DNA of 64,000 nucleotides from Rickettsiales bacterium UBA2645 (GCA_002359655.1 DENL01000005.1:13192-77191), one strand, 5' to 3'; positions 9,899 to 19,589 are shown, counted from the stretch's first letter. Notes: generated by a model from the sequence alone, not told the origin. Numbers and translations: made by a program.

Positions 9899-10403
9899 AT
9901 TCATTGAGCTTGGCCAAACTCCAATTGATGATGACGAGAAACAAGCTCTAATTCCAAATATTAATACCTTAGAAGAATTAAATGTCTGGGAACACGAAAA
10001 CATCATAGAAGCCAGAAAATGGGCATTAAGTCCAAAAGTACTTAGCCGATATGATATTTTCGATGTCGATTTTCTGCTCAAGCTTCACAAAAAAATGTTT
10101 GATAAAACTTGGAAATGGGCAGGGCAACTCAGAACTAGCGATAAAAATATTGGCTGCGATCCTAACTTAATCCGAATTGAATTAAAAAAACTTTGTGGCG
10201 ATGCTAGATATTGGCTTGATAACCAAACTTACTCAACTGAGCAGCTTGCTTTAGTTTTTCATCATCGACTGGTAAAAATTCATCTATTCCCAAATGGCAA
10301 TGGCCGTCAGGCAAGATTGGTATCTGATTGTATAATTAAAAATTTGCACCGTCGAAAAAAATTGACTGGCAGGGCAATAATTTCAGCTCTGCAAAAGAGC
10401 TAA
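9885..10403 (+). CDS. Fic/DOC family protein (resembles 'mobile mystery protein B'); the 0-frame is truncated and a C-terminal extension is available in the -1 frame to 10483
   Basis: Fic motif 'HLFPNGNGRQARL' (HxFxxGNGRxxR). After the A7 run at 10355-10361 the 0-frame ends quickly. The -1 frame encodes 'KKIDWQGNNFSSAKELRKNYILALHKADGGDYSKLFDLFTKN'. Confidence 0.75.
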   Translation: MMKIKFIELGQTPIDDDEKQALIPNINTLEELNVWEHENIIEARKWALSPKVLSRYDIFDVDFLLKLHKKMFDKTWKWAGQLRTSDKNIGCDPNLIRIELKKLCGDARYWLDNQTYSTEQLALVFHHRLVKIHLFPNGNGRQARLVSDCIIKNLHRRKKLTGRAIISALQKS

Positions 10404-10508
10404 GAAAAAACTATATTTTAGCACTTCATAAAGCTGATGGCGGAGATTACTCGAAGTTATTTGATTTATTTACAAAAAATTAGCTAATAGATCAGCAATA
10501 GAATCGAC

Positions 10509-10705
10509 TCCAAAAGTCATTACCTTTGTTGCATAAATGAACATACCCCGATTGGGTATAGCAACATCTTTAAAATAAAATAGCTTTTGTAGTAATCAGA
10601 AATTTAACTTAAGCCCCAGTGGAAAAAGTCAGACAGTCAAAAAATACTGATTTAAATTCAGATAAAAATTGGCTTAAGTTTGGTTTCTAATATCTTGCAT
10701 AATCC
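10509..10705. repeat. Direct repeat copy B (~197 bp), paired with 9141..9340
   Basis: See copy A. It lies ~95 bp upstream of the methyltransferase operon. Confidence 0.9.
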
Positions 10706-10801
10706 AACAGTTTCAAATTTTATATCAGCTCTTCGTATCTAATCCTTCTCGAAGCTATTGATTTACTTCACAATATATCAACATCATAAGTTCAAGTTCA
10801 A

Positions 10802-12178
10802 ATGACAAAGGCAGCTTCTTTTGCAGATAGCGAATTAGTAACCTTTCATAATAGCCAAGGTGTAAAAGCCAGAGGTACGCTACTGAAGCTTTCACAAAAC
10901 TATATCGTTTTTGAAATTTATAATCCTTACTCAATTGTACAGTTGAGTGAAGTATTATCTGATCTAACAATAACTAGGGCTGATAAACAAATTTATAATG
11001 GCAAGGCTGTTGTAACCAGTATAGTTAATACTGGAATTATTCTTATAGTTTCCGCGACTCTTTCAGACTCTTACTGGAAAAGCTCGGTTGATATCAGATC
11101 ACAAAAAGACATTCAAAAAGAGATAGAGCATTTAATTAGCAATTTTGATAAGTCTCAAAATATTGATTATGCTTTTAGAATGAATGTTCTAGCCATCAGA
11201 TCATTTCTATCAGATACAAAAAATTGGCTTGATAAGCTCGAGCCATCAGCAGAAAAGTTAGGAATAAAAATAGATGCCAAATTCATGTTGAGTAATTTTA
11301 AATCACTTTTTGAAAAAGCATCTGAATTAGGAACAGAATTCCACTCTCTTGTTGCTTTAGCCAAAAAAAGCGATCTCGATGACTATAAAGTTTTTACTCA
11401 GAATATGCTGCACCCATTTTTTATGTCATCGCCATTCCCTTATCGCTGTTATAACAAACCTTTAGGATATGCAGGGGATTACGAAATGATGCGTATGATT
11501 CAAAGAGAGAATGCTGAAGGGCCAAATCTTTTCGCTAAATTTATTAATGTATTTTACACAAATATTCCAATTGCCGATTCGGTTAAAAATCGTACCGCAA
11601 ACTTGGTAAAATTAATTGAAGAAGGAATTGAAGCAGCTGAAAAAAAGGGTGAAGAATATCGTTCTGTGAGCATTGGCTGTGGACCAGCTTTAGAAATAAA
11701 ACAAATTTTAGAGAAAAATTCTCACAAAACAAAATGCCATTTTAGACTTCTAGACTTCAATCAAGAAACCTTAAATTTTGCAGTAAGCCAAGCAAATAAC
11801 TCTAAAAAGAATAACAACTATAACATTGAGGGAGAGTTAAATTCTGTACATGAGCTTTTAAAAAGAAGTGTAGCAGAAAGGGATGAGCAAGAAAAATATG
11901 ACTTAGTTTATTGCTCTGGATTATTTGATTATTTATCAAATCGAGTTTGTGCCAGATTGATAAAATTGTTTTTCTCTATGGTCAAACCAGGTGGAAAGGT
12001 TTTTGTTACCAACATGCACTCTAACAATTATGATAACTATTTGATGGAGTTGCTGCTTGAGTGGCATTTAATTTATCGAGACGAAGCAATAATGTCATCA
12101 CTTGCACCAGAGCTAGGAAAACAAAGATTATTCACCGACAAAACTGGCGTTAATTTATGCTTAGAAATAACCAAATAA
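10802..12178 (+). CDS. Class I SAM-dependent methyltransferase with a ~250-aa N-terminal domain of unknown function (PhcB-like architecture)
   Basis: 458 aa. MTase motifs 'VSIGCGPALE', 'LLDFNQ', 'YDLVYCSGLFDYL' and 'KPGGKVFVTN' are in the C-terminal half. A membrane kinase and an atypical regulator follow, as in the Ralstonia phcBSR operon. Confidence 0.65.
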   Translation: MTKAASFADSELVTFHNSQGVKARGTLLKLSQNYIVFEIYNPYSIVQLSEVLSDLTITRADKQIYNGKAVVTSIVNTGIILIVSATLSDSYWKSSVDIRSQKDIQKEIEHLISNFDKSQNIDYAFRMNVLAIRSFLSDTKNWLDKLEPSAEKLGIKIDAKFMLSNFKSLFEKASELGTEFHSLVALAKKSDLDDYKVFTQNMLHPFFMSSPFPYRCYNKPLGYAGDYEMMRMIQRENAEGPNLFAKFINVFYTNIPIADSVKNRTANLVKLIEEGIEAAEKKGEEYRSVSIGCGPALEIKQILEKNSHKTKCHFRLLDFNQETLNFAVSQANNSKKNNNYNIEGELNSVHELLKRSVAERDEQEKYDLVYCSGLFDYLSNRVCARLIKLFFSMVKPGGKVFVTNMHSNNYDNYLMELLLEWHLIYRDEAIMSSLAPELGKQRLFTDKTGVNLCLEITK

Positions 12179-13485
12179 TGTCAAAGATTGAAGAAGCCTA
12201 CAACCAATACGATATAGAACTAAGAGCAAAAAGGTTAAAAATTACCATACCTTTAGCCACTCTTTTTATCATGCTATTCAGCTTTCTTGATCTTACATTT
12301 TATCCTAAAGTTGCAATAAAGCTGATAATTTCCAGAGCTGTTTCGGATTTATTTTTAATAATCACTTTCTATGCAATTTTCCGAAAGAATTGGATTAAAG
12401 ATGTAAAGTTTGCTGGAGTTTTTGTTGTCACGCTAATTTTCATTCAGATTAATGTTTTGATCTTTATTACTGGGGAGAGCTCTTCATCACCTTATTATGC
12501 TGGTCTTTCGCTAACTGTCGTAGCTTTGTCTGCTTTACTGCCATGGGTTTTGTATGAGACACTTTTGATATGTTGTGTAATGATTACCACTTATATGTTA
12601 AATCTGATATTGCACTCCATAATTTTTAAAACTGAGTATCTAAACGCAATTTTGGTCAACAATCTTTTTTTTCTTGTTTCAACTTCTGTTTTTTGTATAG
12701 TTGCAAATCACTTAAATGCTGTACTTCGCTTTAAAGAATTTTGTCTTAATTACGAATTAGAAGAAAAAAATATAAAACTCCGATCAACCCAAGCTCAATT
12801 GATCCAGAGTGAAAAAATTAATGCTATCGGTAGTCTTTCTGCTGGCTTGTTGCATGAGGTTAATAATCCTCTGAATTATACGATGACGGCTCTGCAATTA
12901 ATAAAAATGGATCCGCATGTTAATTCTGATGCGGATTTAAAAGACACGGTTAGCGATATTGAAGAAGGCATGACGCGCATCAAAAATATTGTTACCGATT
13001 TGCGCGCTTTTGCTTATCCAGAAGAAGCTGACAAGAAAAATTCTTTTGCATTTTATGAAGCGGTTGAAAGCACTTTGCGTTTCACGGCAAGCGAATGTCA
13101 GGATATTGTTAGAATTGTAAATGTGCCAAAAGATTTGATGGTCACTGCTTCTAAAACTCATATTGTGCAGGTCTTGATCAATCTTATTTCTAACGGTGCT
13201 AAGGCAATTTATAAAACTGGCAGAGGAAAAGGAGAGATTGTGATTGATGCCAGAAAGAGCGAAAATGGCCGCGTCAATATTTCAGTTTCTGACGACGGAA
13301 TTGGCATGAATGAAGAAACTTTAAACAAAGTTTTCGATCCTTTTTTTACCACAAATGAAGTTGGAAAAGGCATGGGGCTTGGGCTTAGCGTAAGTTATAC
13401 AATTATCAAAAATCACGGCGGAAATTTAGCAGCTACAAGCGAACTTGGCAAAGGCAGCAAGTTTTATTTTGATTTACCGAATTAA
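12157..13485 (+). CDS. Membrane sensor histidine kinase (PhcS-like position)
   Basis: 442 aa with about six hydrophobic helices. H-box 'LLHEVNNPLN', N-box 'LINLISNGAKA', 'VSDDGIGM', 'GKGMGLGLSVS'. An alternative start at 12178 overlaps the upstream stop as TAATG. Confidence 0.85.
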   Translation: MLRNNQIMSKIEEAYNQYDIELRAKRLKITIPLATLFIMLFSFLDLTFYPKVAIKLIISRAVSDLFLIITFYAIFRKNWIKDVKFAGVFVVTLIFIQINVLIFITGESSSSPYYAGLSLTVVALSALLPWVLYETLLICCVMITTYMLNLILHSIIFKTEYLNAILVNNLFFLVSTSVFCIVANHLNAVLRFKEFCLNYELEEKNIKLRSTQAQLIQSEKINAIGSLSAGLLHEVNNPLNYTMTALQLIKMDPHVNSDADLKDTVSDIEEGMTRIKNIVTDLRAFAYPEEADKKNSFAFYEAVESTLRFTASECQDIVRIVNVPKDLMVTASKTHIVQVLINLISNGAKAIYKTGRGKGEIVIDARKSENGRVNISVSDDGIGMNEETLNKVFDPFFTTNEVGKGMGLGLSVSYTIIKNHGGNLAATSELGKGSKFYFDLPN

Positions 13486-13493
13486 TGTTCTGA

Positions 13494-13672
13494 CTAATCA
13501 CTCTCCCCTTGAGGGAGAGTCGAAGAGCCTTAACCTGGTTAAGGCGATTCGGTGAGGGGAGAAAATAGCCTAAACGGCTATTTTCGGCTTTTAAAATGTT
13601 CGAGAGTTTTGTAATAAACCCCTCCTCGAATCGCTGCGCTCTTCGATCCTCCCTCAAGGGGAGGATGATTAG
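13494..13672. mobile_element. MITE-like GC-rich nested palindromic element (179 bp)
   Basis: Terminal inverted repeats are ctaatcactctccccttgagggagagtcgaagagc and gctcttcgatcctccctcaaggggaggatgattag. Inner arms cgattcggtgagggga / cccctcctcgaatcg also pair. Internal palindromes are gccttaacc-t-ggttaaggc and aaaatagcc-taaac-ggctatttt. It is GC-rich in an AT-rich context. Confidence 0.7.
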
Positions 13673-13707
13673 ATCGCGGAAATTTCTAATAATTTTAAAT
13701 TAAATTT

Positions 13708-14868
13708 ATGACCAAAGAAATAATCAAATCACCATTCTACATTTTGTTTGTTGATGACGAAGACAATGCCAGAAAATATTTTGAAAAAGGTTTAAAACAT
13801 GAATTCAACATTCTTACTGCCAGTAGCGTTGATGAGGCAACTAAAATTATTGAAGAAAATCACCACAACATCGCCGTTGTGGTGACTGATCAAAGAATGC
13901 CCGGAGGCAATGGCGTAAAATTACTGCGCTATCTGCGTGAAAATTATCCTCATATTATCCGACTTTTAACCACAGCTTATTCAGATTTAACTGAAGCAAT
14001 TGATGCAGTTAATAGTGGCGAAATTTTTCGCTACATTCAAAAGCCTTGGGATTACAATTTGCTTAAAACCGAGATGAAACAGTCAATTGACTTGTTCGAA
14101 CTGCGTTTGGATCACAGCAGATTATTGCACGAAAAAATTATGGTCAGAAAAAAAATGGCCAGAATTGAGCGGGCAAAATCGCTGCTGATCGCTGCAAAAA
14201 CTTTTAGTTTTTTACGCTTTTCAGATTTGGCGATACAAAACTTTATTAAAAAATTTGCCATTAATACGGAAATAAAATCAAATGCAGAATCTGATTGGGG
14301 CTCTTTTGACTTTGGCAGAAGCGACGTTTTGGAAACTAAATTTTTGCTTAACTTGATTGATAAAGTTCAAAGTGCAGCGCCACTTTCACAAGATTATAGC
14401 TTCAACGAAAATATAGATTCTGTAAAAATAAAATCTTTGATCGAACAAGAAAATTCTGCTTCAACTCAAATAAAAATTTCCAATCAAATTCAAGCTCAGG
14501 TTAATTTATATTCTTTTAGTGAAGTTCTTAAAAGATTATTGCACCTTGCAAGCCTTGGAAATGGAGCAATTGAAATAGAAAATTCTGCTCAAGAAATCAT
14601 TATAAAATTAAGCTTGTCAAATTTTTCTCTGCCAGAAAACGAAAATATTTTTACGCAAAACCCAGAAAAGCCGGCCGGAAATTTCTACGTTAATTTGCTG
14701 ATTTGCTATCTATTAACATGGCATCAGGGTGGCTTTATTGAGATCGTAGAGAATTCAGAAAATTTTAATTGTATTGTAAAATTACCAGACAATTCTGTAC
14801 ATGTTATATTTACTGATTCACAATCAGACTCACTAGAAAATACAATCCTAAGCACAATGCTCTCTTAA
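13708..14868 (+). CDS. Response regulator with a degenerate kinase-like C-terminal domain (PhcR-like architecture)
   Basis: 386 aa. Receiver 'ILFVDDEDNARKYFEK...VVVTDQRMPGGNGVKLL...KPWD'. The C-terminal ~150 aa align by eye to a HATPase_c layout ('EVLKRLLHLASLGNG..IEIE...KLSLSN...NLLICYLLTWHQGGFIEIVENSENFNCIVKLP') but lack the DxGxG and GxGLGL boxes. Confidence 0.7.
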   Translation: MTKEIIKSPFYILFVDDEDNARKYFEKGLKHEFNILTASSVDEATKIIEENHHNIAVVVTDQRMPGGNGVKLLRYLRENYPHIIRLLTTAYSDLTEAIDAVNSGEIFRYIQKPWDYNLLKTEMKQSIDLFELRLDHSRLLHEKIMVRKKMARIERAKSLLIAAKTFSFLRFSDLAIQNFIKKFAINTEIKSNAESDWGSFDFGRSDVLETKFLLNLIDKVQSAAPLSQDYSFNENIDSVKIKSLIEQENSASTQIKISNQIQAQVNLYSFSEVLKRLLHLASLGNGAIEIENSAQEIIIKLSLSNFSLPENENIFTQNPEKPAGNFYVNLLICYLLTWHQGGFIEIVENSENFNCIVKLPDNSVHVIFTDSQSDSLENTILSTMLS

Positions 14869-14882
14869 AGGAGTTCACCAAT

Positions 14883-15338
14883 ATGTCAGAAAACTTTTTA
14901 AAAAAAATTCGCACAGAAAAAAGCTTTGGTCAAAGTGAATTGGCCCGCAAAGCTGGCGTCAGCAAACAGCTGATTTCAGGTTTTGAAAAAGGTCGAAATG
15001 GCCTTTCTGCAGAAGTTTTGCGCAAAATTGCTAATGTCTTAAAAGTTAATCCGAATTACATCGTTACTGGCAAAAAAAGCGGTGAATCTTTCAACGACGC
15101 CGAAAAAAAGCGTATGATGGAAGCGCTTAAAATAACTCACGAATTTTACAAAGATTACGACTTCGATCACGAAACAATGTCAAGAATCGCCACTGAAATG
15201 TACGGCTTTATGTCTGATTTTGAAAAGTTAAAAGCTGAAATTGGCGGCAAAAATTTTAACAAATCTTTAAACGAAAAAATCGCTGCTGGCCTTGCTGCAA
15301 AATGCTTCTTGAGCTGTAAGGGGAAAAATAAACACTAA
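14883..15338 (+). CDS. XRE-family HTH transcriptional regulator
   Basis: 151 aa. 'SFGQSELARKAGVSKQLISGFEKGRNGLSAEVLRKIANVLKVNPNYIV'. An AGGAG RBS lies 9 nt upstream. The gap to the preceding gene is 14 nt. Confidence 0.8.
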   Translation: MSENFLKKIRTEKSFGQSELARKAGVSKQLISGFEKGRNGLSAEVLRKIANVLKVNPNYIVTGKKSGESFNDAEKKRMMEALKITHEFYKDYDFDHETMSRIATEMYGFMSDFEKLKAEIGGKNFNKSLNEKIAAGLAAKCFLSCKGKNKH

Positions 15339-15361
15339 AGACAATTAAAGATAAGCAAAAT

Positions 15362-15402
15362 AAAAATCCCGAAGAGTAAAAATACTCTTCGGGATTTTTT
15401 TT
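15362..15402. terminator. Bidirectional intrinsic terminator
   Basis: aaaaatcccgaagagta-aaaa-tactcttcgggatttttttt gives a 13-bp stem flanked by an A-run and a T-run. Confidence 0.8.
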
Positions 15403-15507
15403 GGCTAACACACGCTTGCTGGTTTGCGGATGGTGGAAACTGGGAAGCATCTTTTCTATCGTATGATATAGTACGACAGTAATTTTACTTTTTACAAGAC
15501 GCAACAA

Positions 15508-16521
15508 TTATTTTTTCCCAGTCACTATAGCAATTGAATGGAAGTTCAGCGGAAATTCTAAGAAGACATGCAATACACTCAAAAACAGCAACAAAGAAGC
15601 GCCCAGACGATAATCGTAAGCATATAGCGAGAGTGAAATCACCCAAATTATAGCCGATAGAATCAAAGAATTTTTTGATACTTTATGCCATTTGATGATC
15701 TCAACTTTTGAAAACCAATTTAAGTAGTGATAAGTATAAGCAAAAGCGATGAAGGCTTGGATCCTCAGCGCCGCACCTGCAGAAATCAGATCTTGCTTGC
15801 CAAAAGGAATGTTGAGAATTTTTAACATTGTTTGGTTCAGAGTCAGACCGTCATTCATAACAATTTCTGATGCTTTTTCACCAATGATATAGCCGCTTCT
15901 TGAGATAAAGATAAAACTCAGCGAACACAAAATAAAAACTATAAATGAAATGTAGTTAGACAGATTTTTGCTTTTAACAGCGCCAGACAAAATAAAAATT
16001 CCGGTAAAAAGCCAAACATGGATTATTGTTACCAGCAACACGCCAAAAATAATTGTGTAATTTGGCGTGCCTTTAAAAAGCAAAATTAAAAATAAAGCCA
16101 AGGCAAAAGAGTTGATGCGCCAGAACCAATCTTTAATGAAAGTCAGAATAAAAGCAGAAGCGAAAGCGAAAAAAATTAAGCAAGATGGCCATAAAGAAAT
16201 CTCATCTTCAAATTGCTGCTTGTCGAGATTGTTGTTAACCAAAAAATCACTAATCAACTGACTATCTTTGAAGTGCGGCCAATAGCTCAGAACTATCATC
16301 GTCGTGGTGACTAACACAGAAATCATCGTCAATGCCAGCCAATCTTTTTTACCGCGTATAAAATATTCTTTTTGCTGCAACCAAGAAATTTCGGTTGCGT
16401 AATGCAAGGGACCAAGAACTGCGTAGGAGATTAGGAATAATTCAAAAGGTAATGCGAGCGCAAATGCTACGGATAAAAGCATTAAAAAAATATTGGTGAT
16501 GTCGGTATTAAGATTTTTCAT
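15508..16521 (-). CDS. Polytopic integral membrane protein, no family recognised
   Basis: 337 aa with ~9-10 hydrophobic helices. Its ATG overlaps the stop of the upstream PP2C gene (ATGA), implying translational coupling. Confidence 0.6.
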   Translation of the reverse strand: MKNLNTDITNIFLMLLSVAFALALPFELFLISYAVLGPLHYATEISWLQQKEYFIRGKKDWLALTMISVLVTTTMIVLSYWPHFKDSQLISDFLVNNNLDKQQFEDEISLWPSCLIFFAFASAFILTFIKDWFWRINSFALALFLILLFKGTPNYTIIFGVLLVTIIHVWLFTGIFILSGAVKSKNLSNYISFIVFILCSLSFIFISRSGYIIGEKASEIVMNDGLTLNQTMLKILNIPFGKQDLISAGAALRIQAFIAFAYTYHYLNWFSKVEIIKWHKVSKNSLILSAIIWVISLSLYAYDYRLGASLLLFLSVLHVFLEFPLNFHSIAIVTGKK

Positions 16522-17792
16522 AAATCGAGCTGACTCTCTCTTCTTTGATCAAGTTTGATAGCAGATGGATTTGTAATAGGATTATTTTTTGACATAGGAT
16601 TACCCTGCCAATTTATAGAATCTTTTTCGCTCTCAAGAATTTCTTTTGCGGATTGTAAGCCTAAAAACTTTGATAAATAACTTTGTTTTTTTTGATCAAC
16701 TTCCAATCCCTTAATATCTTCTATTTCAGCTGCTTTGTGGATGTCGGCAGCAACAGAAGAAGCAACAATCAAACCGTCCCAATTCTGCTTTAACTCACTG
16801 TTATAAACATCTATCTCTTCAGTCTGACCCAGCCCGTCACCATGTCCATCACAGATAGTTGCCATAACAGCTTTACCTTCATTAATTACAGAATCTCCTT
16901 CAGCAATAATTGCAATATGAGCAACCGAGATATTATCTTTTGAACCTTTGTTAAAAGACTTTTCGGCGGCAACGGTGGCCAAACCAACATTTGGTTTTTT
17001 CAAATGAGATTTTTTTACCTTTGAAATGTTTTCTAAAAAAGATGAAAAATAATTCTGTTTTAATTTTTGCTCTCCTTTGTCATCAATTTTAAATTCGAAG
17101 TCAGTTTTTACTTTGACATATTCAGGACTGGCTTTTTTTAAATCCCAAAGTCCGTCACAGCTAACTATCAAATCTACATCGATCACTTTTTCTGGATTGA
17201 TACCAGTTTTTTGATATAGCTCAGACAGATTATACTGAAAAATATCAGGCTTTCTGATCAGACAATCTTGACCTTGTCCAATTGTTGCTTTGTCACCAAT
17301 TGAACCTCCCATTGTCAACTTACCATTGACGACAAGACTACCCTTATCTTCAGTAATCGAACCGCCTTTTTCTTTTACTTGTTTGGCAACTCTAGGAATT
17401 GATAGATCATGATCTTCGCTTAAAAGAATTGAGGTAAATCTATCACGAAAAATACCTTTATGTCTGATGATTAAAGCTGCTCTTGAATCTCCCAAATTGG
17501 CAACTGTGATCTCGTTTTCTTTAACAATTGCACTGCAAATAGTTGTGCCATTTTTGCATTCTTTATGCTGCTTCTCACTTGCGATTGTAGCATCTGATAA
17601 AAATTCAGCCGGATTTTGTTTTGCTTCTTGATTATTTGTAAATCCTATAAACCCGCTATCTTGCTGTGTCTTGCGTCTTCCTTTTATTTCGGCAAATGAG
17701 AACCCTTTCGCAGATTTGTGAATATCATCTTTTGTATCAAGAGTGTTGCTAAGATTCTTTGGATGGTTACTGCGATTTAAATCATCTGGCAT
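16518..17792 (-). CDS. PP2C/PPM-family Ser/Thr phosphatase-like protein with atypical motif order
   Basis: 424 aa. Motifs in order: 'KGRRKTQQDS', 'VANLGDSRAAL', 'SEDHD', 'GGSIGD', 'VSCDGLWD', 'GSKDNISVAHI'. 'ICDGHGDG' appears only at aa 313-320, after the last canonical motif. Confidence 0.7.
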   Translation of the reverse strand: MPDDLNRSNHPKNLSNTLDTKDDIHKSAKGFSFAEIKGRRKTQQDSGFIGFTNNQEAKQNPAEFLSDATIASEKQHKECKNGTTICSAIVKENEITVANLGDSRAALIIRHKGIFRDRFTSILLSEDHDLSIPRVAKQVKEKGGSITEDKGSLVVNGKLTMGGSIGDKATIGQGQDCLIRKPDIFQYNLSELYQKTGINPEKVIDVDLIVSCDGLWDLKKASPEYVKVKTDFEFKIDDKGEQKLKQNYFSSFLENISKVKKSHLKKPNVGLATVAAEKSFNKGSKDNISVAHIAIIAEGDSVINEGKAVMATICDGHGDGLGQTEEIDVYNSELKQNWDGLIVASSVAADIHKAAEIEDIKGLEVDQKKQSYLSKFLGLQSAKEILESEKDSINWQGNPMSKNNPITNPSAIKLDQRRESQLDL

Positions 17793-17821
17793 GAATAATA
17801 CTTGGAAGTTAGTAAAATTTT

Positions 17822-17860
17822 TTACAAAAAAGCCCCGAAAAACTTAAGTTTTTCGGGGCT
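17822..17860 (-). terminator. Intrinsic terminator downstream of atpC
   Basis: 30-bp perfect palindrome agccccgaaaaactt|aagtttttcggggct, followed on the - strand by TTTTTT. Confidence 0.85.
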
Positions 17861-17891
17861 TGAGATACTGGTATAAATTTTAGAAAAACTT

Positions 17892-18146
17892 TTAATCAAT
17901 CAAAACCGAAAGCTTGTCGGCACCGTGCATTTCTGCATAACCGCCGCTGACTTCAATTTGTTTTAAAATATTTTGCTTATCATCAAAAACAGTAATTTGG
18001 CCTATTTTTAATTTGGCGATTACTGATTCATGACCGTACATAATTCCAAGCTCACCTTCAATTGAAGGGACTACGGCCATGTTGCAGTCGCATTTCAAAA
18101 CTATGCCTTTTAATGAGATGATTTCTAAATTCAGATTATTAGCCAT
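17892..18146 (-). CDS. atpC: F0F1 ATP synthase subunit epsilon, short form (N-terminal beta-sandwich only)
   Basis: 84 aa directly after atpD. 'LEIISLKGIV...VVPSIEGELGIMYGHESVIAKLKIGQITV' fits the epsilon N-domain. A terminator follows at once, so there is no C-terminal helical hairpin. Confidence 0.8.
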   Translation of the reverse strand: MANNLNLEIISLKGIVLKCDCNMAVVPSIEGELGIMYGHESVIAKLKIGQITVFDDKQNILKQIEVSGGYAEMHGADKLSVLID

Positions 18147-18149
18147 TGA

Positions 18150-19589
<1,440 letters not shown>

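Noticed and set aside
13433-13657. 74-aa ORF on the - strand across the kinase/regulator spacer
   Set aside because: It lies entirely within the palindromic MITE-like element and the kinase 3' end. Its openness comes from GC-rich palindrome composition.
7117-17792. Looked for an integrase, transposase or recombinase that would define the signalling block as a genomic island
   Set aside because: None of the ORFs shows tyrosine/serine recombinase or DDE motifs. The block is therefore described only as accessory-looking, not as a mobile element.
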